A stretch of 63,358 nucleotides of DNA, filler included, from Octopus bimaculoides (Eukaryota), in NCBI RefSeq assembly GCF_001194135.2. It is 5 parts of 5 records of this genome, joined end to end, with 100 filler letters (N's around TTAATTAATTAA, not from the genome) between each part and the next. Parts side by side here need not be neighbours in the genome. Positions count along the whole stretch, not along the records: positions 1 to 31,988 come from NC_068994.1; positions 32,089 to 52,286 come from NC_068999.1; 3 more parts are not named here. One strand, given 5' to 3'. Below, piece by piece: positions 27,230-39,765 of the stretch. Numbering within the stretch: position 1 is the stretch's first letter; every line of letters begins with the position of its first letter. The notes beneath the pieces are model-generated. The model was not told the DNA's origin. It worked only from the letters and a program-made list of their open reading frames with translations, and searched no databases. The translations under genes and the position numbers were made by a program.

Positions 27230-27810
27230 TCTTTTAATTGTTTCAATTATAAGATTGTGGCTATGCTGGAGCATCACTCTGAAGAACTTTTAGTCAACCA
27301 AAGAACATTCTTTTTTGTTAAGCTTGATACTTATTCTATCGATCTCTTTTGCCAAACTGCTAAGTTATGGGGATGTAAACACACCAACACCGATTGTCGA
27401 GTGGTGGGGGGCAAATACACAACACATATACAAGCTTCTTACAGTTTCATCTACCAGATACACTCACAAGGCTTTGGCTGACCCAAGGCTATAGTAGATG
27501 ACACTTGCCATAAGTGCTACAGTGGGACTGAACCCAGAACCATGTGGTTGGAAAGCAAGCTTCTTATTTCTTTATTGCCCACAAGGGGCTAAACATAGAG
27601 GGGACAAACAAGGGATTAAGTCGATTACATCGACCCCAGTGCATAACTGATACTTAATTTATCAACCCTGAAAGGATGAAAGGCAAAGTCGACCTCAGCG
27701 GAATTTGAACTCAGAACGTAATGGCAGACGAAATACCGCTAAGCATTTCACCCGGTGTGCTAACGTTTCTGCCAGCTCACCGCCTTCTTACCGCACAACC
27801 ATGCCACCTA
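27230..27810 (-). mobile_element. SINE family A interrupted by a family B insertion
   Basis: The family A head is split at ttctta. Family B occupies 27567-27784 and is flanked by TTCTTA at 27561-27566 and 27785-27790. Confidence 0.85.
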
Positions 27811-27894
27811 GTATATAACAAGAAGATGATACATTGCAAATGGGATCTTAAAACAATGAGAGATTACATTTAGAAGCCAATCTTTTATGTTTAC

Positions 27895-28075
27895 CTTGGA
27901 TTCATTTAGTGTGTTAATAAGGTCCTCATTGTCAAGAATGTTACCCTTTGAATGGAATAACAATTGGAGGATTCGTTCTTCGATGGACTTCAGCTGAATT
28001 TTGTCTCGGTTTATATGGGTGATTAATTGGTTACGCTGCTCTTCAAGTTGTGGTTTCTCCAACTGAACTACTTCA
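27895..28075 (-). CDS. DNAH6: Axonemal dynein heavy chain (DNAH6-like) internal exon 1 of 5 in window
   Basis: 181 nt, acceptor tttttccAG, donor AAG|GTAAAC. Encodes (S)[60 protein letters not shown], which matches my recollection of DNAH6 (VVRLEKPRLEEQR…FTSEGNILDNEELIDTLQDSK) better than DNAH7-type sequence. Orthology needs a phylogeny. Confidence 0.93.
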
Positions 28076-28130
28076 CTGGAAAAATTCAAGATTCAATATA
28101 AATTTATAAATAAATATTTTAAATATTATA

Positions 28131-28575
28131 GGCATAGGAGTGGCTGTGTGGTAAGTAGCTTGCTTACCAACCACATGGTTCCAGGTTTAGTCCCACTGTG
28201 TGACACCTTGGGCAAGTGTCTTAAACTATAGCCTTGGGTTGACCAAAGCCTTGTGAGTGGATTTGGTAGATGGAAACTGAAAGAAGCCCGTCGTATATAT
28301 GTATGTATATATANNNNNNNNNNNNNNNNNNNNNNNNNNNNNNNNNNNNNNNNNNNNNNNNNNNNNNNNNNNNNNNNNNNNNNNNNNNNNNNNNNNNNNN
28401 NNNNNNNNNNNNNNNNNNNNNNNNNNNNNNNNTATGTATGTATGTGTGTATATATGCTTGTGTGTTTGTGTTTGTCCCTCCAACATCGCTTGACAACCGA
28501 TGCTGGTGTGTTTACGTCCCCGTAACTTAGCGGTTCGGCATGGCCACAGTCAAATGGCTGAAACAAGTAAAAGAG
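28131..28575 (+). mobile_element. SINE family A
   Basis: ggcataggagtggctgtgtggtaagtagc…catggccacagtcaaatggctgaaacaagtaaaagag, starting 55 bp from the dynein exon acceptor. Confidence 0.9.
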
Positions 28576-28732
28576 TATATAAATATAGAACTACTATATG
28601 GTTGTAAGTACAGTAATGTCTTGATATACAAGTTAATTTCTTCTTGGAGACCACTCACAAAGCGAAAGCTTGTAAAGCAGGGAAATAATTTCTCATAATA
28701 GTAATGTTATAAATCATAATTTGTTCCCATAC

Positions 28733-28981
28733 TCTTTTACTTGTTTCAGTCATTTGACTGCGGCCATGCTGAAGCACTGCATTTAGTCGAGCAAATTGAC
28801 CCCAGGACTTATTCTTTGTAAGCCTAGTACTTATTCTAACGGTCTCTTTTGCCGAACCGCTAAGTTACGGGGACGTAAACACACCAGCATCGGTTGTCAA
28901 GCGATGTTGGGGGGACAAACACAGACACACAGACACATATATATATATATCTATATACATATCTTCAGACCCCAAACACTA

Positions 28982-29033
<52 letters not shown>

Positions 29034-29201
29034 CATATATACGACAGGCTTCTTTCAGTTTCTGTCTACCAAATCCACTCACAAGGCTTTGGTCGGTCCG
29101 AGGTTATAGTAGAAGGCACTTGCCCAAGGTGCCATGCAGTGGGACTGAACCTGAACCATGTGGTTGGTAAGCAAGCTACTTACCACACAGCCACTCTTGC
29201 A
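28733..29201 (-). mobile_element. SINE family A, inverted relative to 28131-28575
   Basis: ctcttttacttgtttcagtcatttgactgcggccatgc…taccacacagccactcttgcacc. Confidence 0.9.
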
Positions 29202-31299
29202 CCCATAAAAATATTTTACCTATAAAATTTATAATACTCATAAATAAATGGCAATAAAACAATAGTAGAATGTATAGAATATTTTATGTAAAGTAAAAAG
29301 AATGCCAAGATCATTTATAATAAAAAATATTATCATTATAATCGTTTTCTGAATCACTTTCACTCACACTAGACTTGTGTATACCATCAATTGTAGACAC
29401 AGTTGTCGATCCACAAGCACTCATAGACAGACTTGTAGATTTCTTATTAAAAAACAAGTCTAGAGTTGTTTACTTAGAAGTTTTTTTTAGCTCTCTATTA
29501 ATTTCTCAGTAACATGCAAAAGCATTTGTTATGGTTGGAGAAACTTTTGCACTTTGTTCAAAATTTAGATCTTGTGCTTGAAAAATAAAACTCGTAAACC
29601 TGGGGTCTCATAAAGTGGTCTTCGTAAAGTGAGGTAACACTATATTTCATTTCAATACACTTTGCTATAAACAATTGAGAGCTATAACAGAAGGCACTAG
29701 CCCAAGGTGTTATGCTGTGGGACTGATCCCAGAATTATGTGGTTGTAAAGTAAACACAACCATGTTTACTTACCACACAACCATGCCTGAAACAAAAAAA
29801 AAAAACTGAATGAAAAAATATAATGTAAAAAAATATATGAAAAAATAATAATATCAGTTGTTAAAAGCTCTTGGATATCAAAAAAAAGTGAAGGAATTAA
29901 TTAATACTTGAAGGACAGTATTTGTAAAAAAAAAGTCTGTTATCATTATCATCACAATTTACTACCTAAATGAGAAACAACAGATAGTTGTAACCTGTGT
30001 GAAGAGATCAAAGATCAAAGAGCAACAGATATAGATTGCAACACAGTATAATAGATTAACAGAATATATCATTAATAAAATATTAATGGTATGTTTAGTC
30101 TAGACAGCAAAATGATATAAATTCAAAACAATCTTATTTTTTAATTGACTTTATAACCAAATCATTTAGATTTATGAACTTCAAAGAAAAGAAGTTTAAT
30201 CCAGCAGTCACCAGGAACCATTTGAGTATAATTTGCTTGTTAAAGAATTAAACAATCAATTCATTATTAAGTTATGATTTGTTTGATTTGTTTATACTGT
30301 TATGAAAGAATAATTCACCTGAAATGAAGTAAATAACGTTCCTGTCCCTCACTGTCACTGAACTGAATCCCAAGACCAAAGAACTTCCAACCATTATCAT
30401 CCCAGTTTTAGACAAAGTGTATTTCAGTCTCCGTTATTCATTCTGTCTCACTTTCCAAGATGGTAGGACATACTCCGAGGGCAATCTGGTTGCTATTTCT
30501 TGCACAGTGAGCAACAGGATAGTGGCTTCTTCATTGGTTCTGGTGAAATGATATTTCTCAGAATGAAGAACTGCTTTTCTGGTTAGTTTTAATCCTTGTT
30601 ACAATCATTCAGACATTAGTCATTTGGGATGTTTGAATATTTAAAGATATGTGTGTGGATTGTTAGTGCAATCATTTTGTGGTAGGATTCTCTGTTTCAT
30701 TAACCTGCTTCCTATCACACAAGACATATTTCCTTGAAATCCATGCATCATATATGATACATATATCCATTTTTTTTCAACTACTTAGGACTTATTAAAA
30801 GAAAGCTTCATATTATCCAGAACATATGAAACAAGGGCTCACTGAAAGTCTGAAAGTAAGCATGGTTGTTTAGGACAAACTTATGAAAATGCTTCGACAG
30901 GCAAAGGGTAAAAATGGATTACCTAAAAATAGATTGGGCTTATTTTCCATCTAATTCTTTCACATTCTTTAAGATGCTAGCAGCAAGATGCATTTTACAT
31001 TGCTCAACCTAGGAATCTCTGCCTCTTTATTCCAGCAGTTTTTGTAGGTCTTTAATTTCATGGTGAGTATCCCTGCCAATACCATCAATGTAGTTAAATA
31101 CTCTTTATCCTCTACTAGGATGTAGAAGTCGCTAAAATATAATGACTGATTCATCCTGTCCTCAACACAATAGCAGTGACCAGTATTACTCTGCACAGAG
31201 TAACAATAGTAAAGCTGGTTGGATTTTGTATTGGGTCATTTCATATATAATGCAGTTTTTTATACTTCTTTTATTTTCAAAATTAAAATAAAGTTCTTT

Positions 31300-31905
31300 T
31301 TTAATCTAAAATATACTCTCTTTCATTTTCTACAATGCTCTTCCATCTATTTGGTAGATTTGCAAGACCCCTCTTCCAAAATTCACTTGTCCGTGACAAA
31401 AAATACTCTTCCAGTATTGTTCTCATCTCATCTACAGAATTCATATTTTTTCCATCCAAATGATTTTGAAGACTGCAGAATAAATGATAATCAGATGGGA
31501 CAATGTCCAGAGAATATGGTGGGTGGGGCATTGTTTCCCATTCAAACTGCTCCAGCCTTTGGAATGTCACCCTCACTGTATGTGGTCAAGCATTATCCTG
31601 ATGGAAGAACACCTTTCACCTTGAAACGAAAGATGGTTGTTTTTCTTCTAGTACTGACTTACGTCGCTCAGGCTGTTTGCAGTAGATTTCCTTTGTTATT
31701 GTTTGCTTTGGGTTTAAAAGTTCAAAGTGGACCAAACCTTTCATATCCCACCAAACAGATAACAACACCTCATGTAGATGAAGACCTTTAGCCTGGGGTG
31801 CCGGTGTTTCTCCTTTCCCTACCCACTGTCTTCAGTACTTGATATTTTTATAGACAACCCATTTCTCCTCACCAGTCACTATTCAGTAACAAAAAAGGTC
31901 CATTC
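31300..31905 (-). mobile_element. Mariner transposase catalytic domain fossil (D,D34D type)
   Basis: IVTGEEKWV…VLLSVWWDMKGLVHFELL…FHQDNA*PH…HPPYSLDIVPSDYHLFCSLQNHLDG…FWKRGLANLPNRWKSIVEN. All three catalytic motif regions are recognisable, with stops and frameshifts. Confidence 0.9.
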
Positions 31906-31988
31906 GTGAGACATAACAGTGGTCGTGGTGGCGGCGGCAGCGACGGTGACGCCACGGCAGCAGCGGTGGCGGTGGCGGTGGCGGTGGT

Positions 31989-32088
31989 NNNNNNNNNNNN
32001 NNNNNNNNNNNNNNNNNNNNNNNNNNNNNNNNTTAATTAATTAANNNNNNNNNNNNNNNNNNNNNNNNNNNNNNNNNNNNNNNNNNNN
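31989..32088. other. Scaffold join: 44 N + TTAATTAATTAA + 44 N (six-frame stop linker)
   Basis: Linker at 32033-32044. The total is exactly 100 bp, and the same construct occurs four times. Confidence 0.9.
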
Positions 32089-32337
32089 AGGGAAATGAAA
32101 AACAAACAGCGACGGGGAGAAGGTGGAAGTTATTTTGTAATGTGTTACCTGGGAAATGCCAGATAAGAAGAAAGGTATGAAGCCGTGTATATACGGATAT
32201 GTGTGCGCGTGTGTGTGTGCTGATACATGCTCGTGTATATATGTGCGTTGGTGTAACGGTGAGTATGTGTGTGTGTGTGTGTGTGTGATACTGTACAGTA
32301 TGCAACGGTATGAAGGTATGACCAGTGTCTTGGAGCA

Positions 32338-32549
32338 CAGGTGTACAACGACGGGCAGGTGTCAGATGGTGTACAGGTGTGTTGGTATTGTACAGGTGTG
32401 AGATGCTGTACAGGTTTATGATGACGTGCGATGTGTGTTGCAATACAGGTATGTGATTGCAGACAGTGTGGTTGCCTATTGTCGTACAGGTGTCCTGATG
32501 TAGTACACAGGTGTGAGATGCTATACAGGTGAGTGGTAGTCTGCAGGTG
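32338..32549 (+). repeat. Degenerate ~18-bp minisatellite with a CAGGTG core
   Basis: CAGGTG at 32338, 32356, 32374, 32393, 32487, 32508, 32526 and 32544, plus variants CAGGTT and CAGGTA. Confidence 0.7.
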
Positions 32550-32683
32550 CTTCGCTTTCTTCTATAGAAAGACCGGATCTCTTTCGTACAGCAATGCTAA
32601 ATATTTGCTTATGTGGGAGCATAAATACACACGCACACATACACACACACAAAAACACACACACACACACATACACACACATG

Positions 32684-32684
<1 letters not shown>

Positions 32685-32732
<48 letters not shown>

Positions 32733-32801
32733 GCTACTACTGCTGCTGCTAATACTACTACTACTACTACTACTATTGCTGCTGCTGCTGCTACCACTAC
32801 A

Positions 32802-32841
<40 letters not shown>
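32685..32841. repeat. (CTA)n/(CTG)n trinucleotide microsatellite
   Basis: Explains the poly-L, poly-S and poly-V ORFs at 32533-32920. Confidence 0.95.
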
Positions 32842-33994
32842 AAGGCCACAGTGGATAAAGTTGCTTTGGATTCCCTATACATAACAAAACGTCTGGATGG
32901 CCACGGCTAAAATGGCTCACCGAATTGGTAGAGCATCGGACGAATTNNNNNNNNNNNNNNNNNNNNNNNNNNNNNNNNNNNNNNNNNNNNNNNNNNNNNN
33001 NNNNNNNNNNNNNNNNNNNNNNNNNNNNNNNNNNNNNNNNNNNNNNNNNNNNNNNNNNNNNNNNNNNNNNNNNNNNNNNNNNNNNNNNNNNNNNNNNNNN
33101 NNNNNNNNNNNNNNNNNNNNNNNNNNNNNNNNNNNNNNNNNNNNNNNNNNNNNNNNNNNNNNNNNNNNNNNNNNNNNNNNNNNNNNNNNNNNNNNNNNNN
33201 NNNNNNNNNNNNNNNNNNNNNNNNNNNNNNNNNNNNNNNNNNNNNNNNNNNNNNNNNNNNNNNNNNNNNNNNNNNNNNNNNNNNNNNNNNNNNNNNNNNN
33301 NNNNNNNNNNNNNNNNNNNNNNNNNNNNNNNNNNNNNNNNNNNNNNNNNNNNNNNNNNNNNNNNNNNNNNNNNNNNNNNNNNNNNNNNNNNNNNNNNNNN
33401 NNNNNNNNNNNNNNNNNNNNNNNNNNNNNNNNNNNNNNNNNNNNNNNNNNNNNNNNNNNNNNNNNNNNNNNNNNNNNNNNNNNNNNNNNNNNNNNNNNNN
33501 NNNNNNNNNNNNNNNNNNNNNNNNNNNNNNNNNNNNNNNNNNNNNNNNNNNNNNNNNNNNNNNNNNNNNNNNNNNNNNNNNNNNNNNNNNNNNNNNNNNN
33601 NNNNNNNNNNNNNNNNNNNNNNNNNNNNNNNNNNNNNNNNNNNNNNNNNNNNNNNNNNNNNNNNNNNNNNNNNNNNNNNNNNNNNNNNNNNNNNNNNNNN
33701 NNNNNNNNNNNNNNNNNNNNNNNNNNNNNNNNNNNNNNNNNNNNNNNNNNNNNNNNNNNNNNNNNNNNNNNNNNCAAGGCATCACATTCTGTGCTTTATA
33801 TTCTTGTTTACAGATGTAAAAACGGTGTGTGGATCCGGTTAATAATGATACAAGACCACAAGAGGTCACAATCGATGAATTCGACCCAAGTGTATTACTG
33901 GTATTTTATTTGATCGATTCTGTTATGATAATACAATTGCCACAAGATTTCATCTCAAAATATTCAGGAATCTAAATCTTTGATGCAGAGACAG

Positions 33995-34048
<54 letters not shown>

Positions 34049-34165
34049 TACTACACCCATACACATACACAAGCTACATCCACATACATATAGACATACA
34101 CAGACACACACATCCACACAGCCACACACCCACATACACATACACATACACGTATAGACACAAAG

Positions 34166-34210
<45 letters not shown>

Positions 34211-34464
34211 TACTGTCACACTCACACATACACGTATAGCCAGACAGACAGACATACACACATATACATATATACATACATATACACACACATACAGTCA
34301 CACACTCACACACATACACGTATAAACAGACAGACATACACACGTATACATATATACATATATACACACACACACATACAGTCACACACACACACTCACA
34401 GAGTCACACACACACACAGAGTCACACATACACACACACACACAGAGTCACACACACACACACA

Positions 34465-34564
<100 letters not shown>

Positions 34565-34660
34565 CAAGTCATTTCAGACATCAACCTCTTCCACCGAAGA
34601 AGTTTATTTCTTTAGAATCTGATCGCTGCTTAAACCTGACCTATTTCAGATAACGCCTCA

Positions 34661-35008
34661 CAGCTTTATATATACTCTCCGATGAGTGTGTAGAATGTAT
34701 ATATGGCTCCACCGAACTCATTACAGCTTTATATACTCTCAAATGAGTGTATAAAATGCATATTTGATTTCAATCCAGATCAATTACAACTTTATATACC
34801 CTTGAGTGAGTGTATAAAATACACATTTAGCTTCTCCTCGGATTAATTATACTTTTATATACTCTCAAATCAGTGTATATAAAATATATAAAATATATAC
34901 TTAAATTTACTCCGTATTGATTGTAGGATTATACACGCTAAAATAACAGTATATAATGTATATTTAGCTACACCCAAGATGAATTATATTTATATATACT
35001 TTCAAATG
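34661..35008 (+). repeat. Degenerate 63-bp minisatellite (~5-6 units)
   Basis: Unit starts at 34661, 34724, 34787 and 34850 share tttatatactctc.aatgagtgtataaaat. Confidence 0.75.
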
Positions 35009-35040
35009 TATGTATGTACGTACGTACGTACGTACGTACG

Positions 35041-35073
<33 letters not shown>

Positions 35074-35149
35074 GTGCAGATTTGGATGTTTTGTTTTATG
35101 TATGTATTCTCATGCATATAGCTACATATCTAGACATGCTCATATATAT

Positions 35150-35480
35150 TTATGAGCTTCCTGGAAAGTTTTACAAACTTTCTCAGTTCCAGTGATGGAT
35201 TGGATCTGTAATCTTCGAATTAGCTTTCTTCTTTCTGGTTTTGAGACGCCTAATTTCTCATGATTGGTATTTAGGCAGTGTGTTACATATCCCAGGGCCC
35301 CAATAATTACAGGTATGAGCCTGAACTTGTAATCTGAATAGAGTAACTACAATGATTTTTCATTGAGTTTAATTTAAGTGTTTCTTGAGAGGTTTCAGTC
35401 CGGTCGCTAACAAAGCGATAAGACGTTTTTGAACTAAGAGAGTTCCCAGCGTTTGTTAATCTGTGGTTGAGCTGATGTGT
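35150..35480 (-). mobile_element. RLE-type (R4/Dong-like) LINE C-terminal fragment
   Basis: LYSDYKFRLIPVIIGALGYVTHCLNTNHEKLGVSKPERRKLIRRLQIQSITGTEKVCKTF. Confidence 0.7.
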
Positions 35481-35791
35481 TGGTGGAGCTGTCGATGCAT
35501 ACACTCAAATGTGTGTATCTATTCATTTAAAGAGTCTCAGATGGAGAATCTTTGGAATGTCTCACAAATCTTCACTGTGCCACTTATAGATTGGATTTGG
35601 ATAATCTGTGTTAGTCTCTTTTGCACTTTTTCCGTGAAACCGAGAGTTTCTGGGATTTTGCGCAAAGTTGTTATTCCAAAACCTAATGTACCCAGGTACA
35701 AATGAGGATTCATAGCCAGGTATTTATCTATGTATATTTATGTTTGTATATGTGTACGTATTTATGTATGTACACATATGAGTGTGGATTT

Positions 35792-35860
<69 letters not shown>

Positions 35861-35992
35861 GTAGATTGGGGAGCGGGGACAAGAGGAAAANNNNNNNNNN
35901 GGGGAGCGGGGACAAGAGGAAAAAAGTCATATAAAACAAAAACAATCTAAACAACAATAAAATTCTTCTTTCCTCCCTCTTCTCTTCTTCTC

Positions 35993-36306
35993 ACCGGAAG
36001 TTGATCAAAAAGAAAACAGAACAAAACATAAAACATGCAACAAAAATGAAAGAAGGGGGATGGAGTGGGAGAGAGGGAGAGAGAGAGAAAGAGAAAGAGA
36101 GAGAGAGTGAAAAAGAGAAGTGGGTGGAAGAGATGCAGTGGAGCGGAACCGAGTAATTCACGATTGTTTAGAGCGAGAGAGATAAGTAATGTCACGCTCC
36201 ATAAAACATAGCCAGCATTTTATCGTCGGTGTTATAGAGTAACACCACCACATACTACAACAGCAGACATTACAACATACCAGTGCACACAACACAACAT
36301 GGCGGC
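35993..36306 (+). promoter_or_regulatory. Candidate promoter-like motif pair (ETS and YY1)
   Basis: ACCGGAAGT at 35993-36001 and CAACATGGCGGC at 36295-36306, in locally CpG-retaining sequence. Motif match only. Confidence 0.3.
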
Positions 36307-38929
36307 ACGCCGAAACACCGTGATGCACAACGCAAGCACACCACGCTAAACACTACAACACAAACGACACAACACCAGACATACCACAGCAATACTATTA
36401 GCCATCCTTCACAATATGCGCTGAGGGCACTTTTCTTTCGTTTGTGCCTCTGTGTGTGTGTTTGTGTGTGTCTGTGAGTGCACACACGCGTGTGTATATG
36501 CATGCATGTGTGTGTGTGTGTGTGTGTGCAGGCGTGGCGGTGTGGTTATATGCCCTGTATTATAATTTTAAATAATTGTTACCTTCGATGGTTTTTTTAC
36601 TCCCATGCTGGCCACTTTGATAAGATCGATATTTTTTTATATATCGTTCTTATCCTTATATATATATATATATATNNNNNNNNNNNNNNNNNNNNNNNNN
36701 NNNNNNNNNNNNNNNNNNNNNNNNNNNNNNNNNNNNNNNNNNNNNNNNNNNNNNNNNNNNNNNNNNNNNNNNNNNNNNNNNNNNNNNNNNNNNNNNNNNN
36801 NNNNNNNNNNNNNNNNNNNNNNNNNNNNNNNNNNNNNNNNNNNNNNNNNNNNNNNNNNNNNNNNNNNNNNNNNNNNNNNNNNNNNNNNNNNNNNNNNNNN
36901 NNNNNNNNNNNNNNNNNNNNNNNNNNNNNNNNNNNNNNNNNNNNNNNNNNNNNNNNNNNNNNNNNNNNNNNNNNNNNNNNNNNNNNNNNNNNNNNNNNNN
37001 NNNNNNNNNNNNNNNNNNNNNNNNNNNNNNNNNNNNNNNNNNNNNNNNNNNNNNNNNNNNNNNNNNNNNNNNNNNNNNNNNNNNNNNNNNNNNNNNNNNN
37101 NNNNNNNNNNNNNNNNNNNNNNNNNNNNNNNNNNNNNNNNNNNNNNNNNNNNNNNNNNNNNNNNNNNNNNNNNNNNNNNNNNNNNNNNNNNNNNNNNNNN
37201 NNNNNNNNNNNNNNNNNNNNNNNNNNNNNNNNNNNNNNNNNNNNNNNNNNNNNNNNNNNNNNNNNNNNNNNNNNNNNNNNNNNNNNNNNNNNNNNNNNNN
37301 NNNNNNNNNNNNNNNNNNNNNNNNNNNNNNNNNNNNNNNNNNNNNNNNNNNNNNNNNNNNNNNNNNNNNNNNNNNNNNNNNNNNNNNNNNNNNNNNNNNN
37401 NNNNNNNNNNNNNNNNNNNNNNNNNNNNNNNNNNNNNNNNNNNNNNNNNNNNNNNNNNNNNNNNNNNNNNNNNNNNNNNNNNNNNNNNNNNNNNNNNNNN
37501 NNNNNNNNNNNNNNNNNNNNNNNNNNNNNNNNNNNNNNNNNNNNNNNNNNNNNNNNNNNNNNNNNNNNNNNNNNNNNNNNNNNNNNNNNNNNNNNNNNNN
37601 NNNGTTATATTTATTTGTTAATTGAATTAAATATTGGAGACTTTTATCTAGGACTGAACGCAGCACAACGCATTTCTGTGTTGATACACATTATAGTTGC
37701 AAGTTTGAAAGAATACGAATGAAAGGGGTTCGAAAGAGAGTAACCAGTGCAACTGTGAGTAGCTTTGATGGTGTGAATGAGTTTTTATTCGTTATGACAT
37801 AATCATTGTTGGTGCATCATTAAACTGGCCCTCCGTCGGTTACGACGACGCGGGTTCCAATTGATCTGATCAACGGAACAGTCTTCGTGAAATTTTAAAC
37901 ACGCAAGTGGCTGAGTACTACACACACACACTTAACGTACTTCTCAGGGATATTCAGGAGTTTATTTGGATGATATGGAACGGAAGAGGGTGCAAGGGAT
38001 TTCATGGCCCCAGGGTAAGTTGTCGTCGTCGTCATTGTCGTCATGTATCGTTCGCTTTTTGAATTTGCACCGGATCTTAGAACTTTATCTGTCATTAATC
38101 TGCTCACTCATAATACAATGTCCCAATTATATAATGAAATTATACCGGACCTTGGGACATCATCAGTCATTAATCAATTCACTCATAATAAAATGTCCTC
38201 ATAATTTAATCCCAACAAGAAGTCGGTTTAAAAATGTTTGTACCGTGGTTAACAATTATATTTTTAAGAAAATCACGACTGTCTCTCAACCCCAAAGCAA
38301 CCCCACTGCCCTTTGATCTTCTCCATCCCACCTTGTGAGCTCAACCTCGAGGGGCCGCTATTGCTCAGGTTAAGAAATAATGCTTTATGTCCTCAGGTTT
38401 GTGACCTTTAACCCTCTAAGCTCGCTGAACTATTTTCGATCATTCAACCACATTCGAACTCGTTCAACTGTAAATCCTGACCACGCAATGTTTTGTTTTA
38501 TATTTGAGGGCAAAGCAATCAAATTATTATTTAATTCCTGACTTTCTCGAAGCCATTTCCTAAACAACTTTGTGTCCGTTTGGTAGAAATAAAATAGAAC
38601 CAAAATATTCTTTGAGAAACTTGTCATCTAATTCTTTCTTTGATTATGTTTCTTTCAGAGAAATAGCGTCGACGATGCTTTGCAATAACTGTCAAACGGT
38701 GGCAGAGTTAACTAATGATAGTTCTGCAGTGCCAGTTAATGACTTTACCTAATTAAAATTAATTAAAGCGATAAATATAGAGCAACTACAGACGACGATT
38801 TCCTCGCGATCTTTAATTCCAACATTGGAACCAATAAAAATACAGAGAAAGTTCTTTGATTGTACGTCTGTGAGTGAGTTCTTTGAAGAAGCCAAACTGA
38901 AACAAACATCACATAGACACACAGACATG

Positions 38930-39712
38930 TGTATGGATGAATGTATGCGAGTATGTATGTATGTATGTATGTATGTTTCTATATATGTATGTATATATGT
39001 ATGTATGAATGTATGCATGTAAATAAGTTTGTATGTAGGTATACATGTACGTATATATGTTTGTATGTATGCATATATATATATGTATACATGTATGTAT
39101 GTTTGTATGTATGCATGTATGTATGTATGTATGTATGTATGTATGTATGTATGTTTCTATATATGTATGTATATATGTATGTATGAATGTATGCATGTAT
39201 ATAAGTTTGTATGTAGGTATACATGTACGTATATATGTTTGTATGTATGCATATATATATATATGTATACATGTATGTATGTTTGTATGTATGCATGTAT
39301 GTATGTATGTATGTATGTATGTATGTATGTTTCTATATATGTATGTATATATGNNNNNNNNNNNNNNNNNNNNNNNNNNNNNNNNNNNNNNNNNNNNNNN
39401 NNNNNNNNNNNNNNNNNNNNNNNNNNNNNNNNNNNNNNNNNNNNNNNNNNTGTATACATGTATGTATGAATGTATGTATGTATGTATGTTTGAATGTATG
39501 TATGCATGTATACATGTATGTATACATGTACGTATATATGTTTGTATGTATGTATATATGTATGTATGCATGTATATATGTATACATGTATGTATGTATG
39601 TATGTATGTTTGTATGCATGTAGATACATGCATGCACACAAACCTACATACCCACCTACATATATGCTTACATACGAACATACGTATGTATGTATGCATG
39701 TATGTATGTTCG

Positions 39713-39746
<34 letters not shown>

Positions 39747-39765
39747 TGTATGTATGTATGTATGT
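38930..39765. repeat. Complex (TATG)n satellite with a ~177-bp higher-order period
   Basis: The marker gtttctatatatg recurs at 38975, 39153 and 39329. Confidence 0.8.

Noticed and set aside
30969-31196. 75-aa minus-strand ORF as a possible upstream dynein exon
   Set aside because: No similarity in any frame to the expected dynein peptide preceding SEVVQLEK.
34661-35008. CRISPR-like repeat-spacer appearance
   Set aside because: The repeats are degenerate, the spacers are related to each other, there are no cas genes and the context is eukaryotic.
38814-38896. FGFFK peptide resembling the integrin-alpha GFFKR motif
   Set aside because: No transmembrane segment precedes it in any spliced frame and a stop follows after 27 codons.
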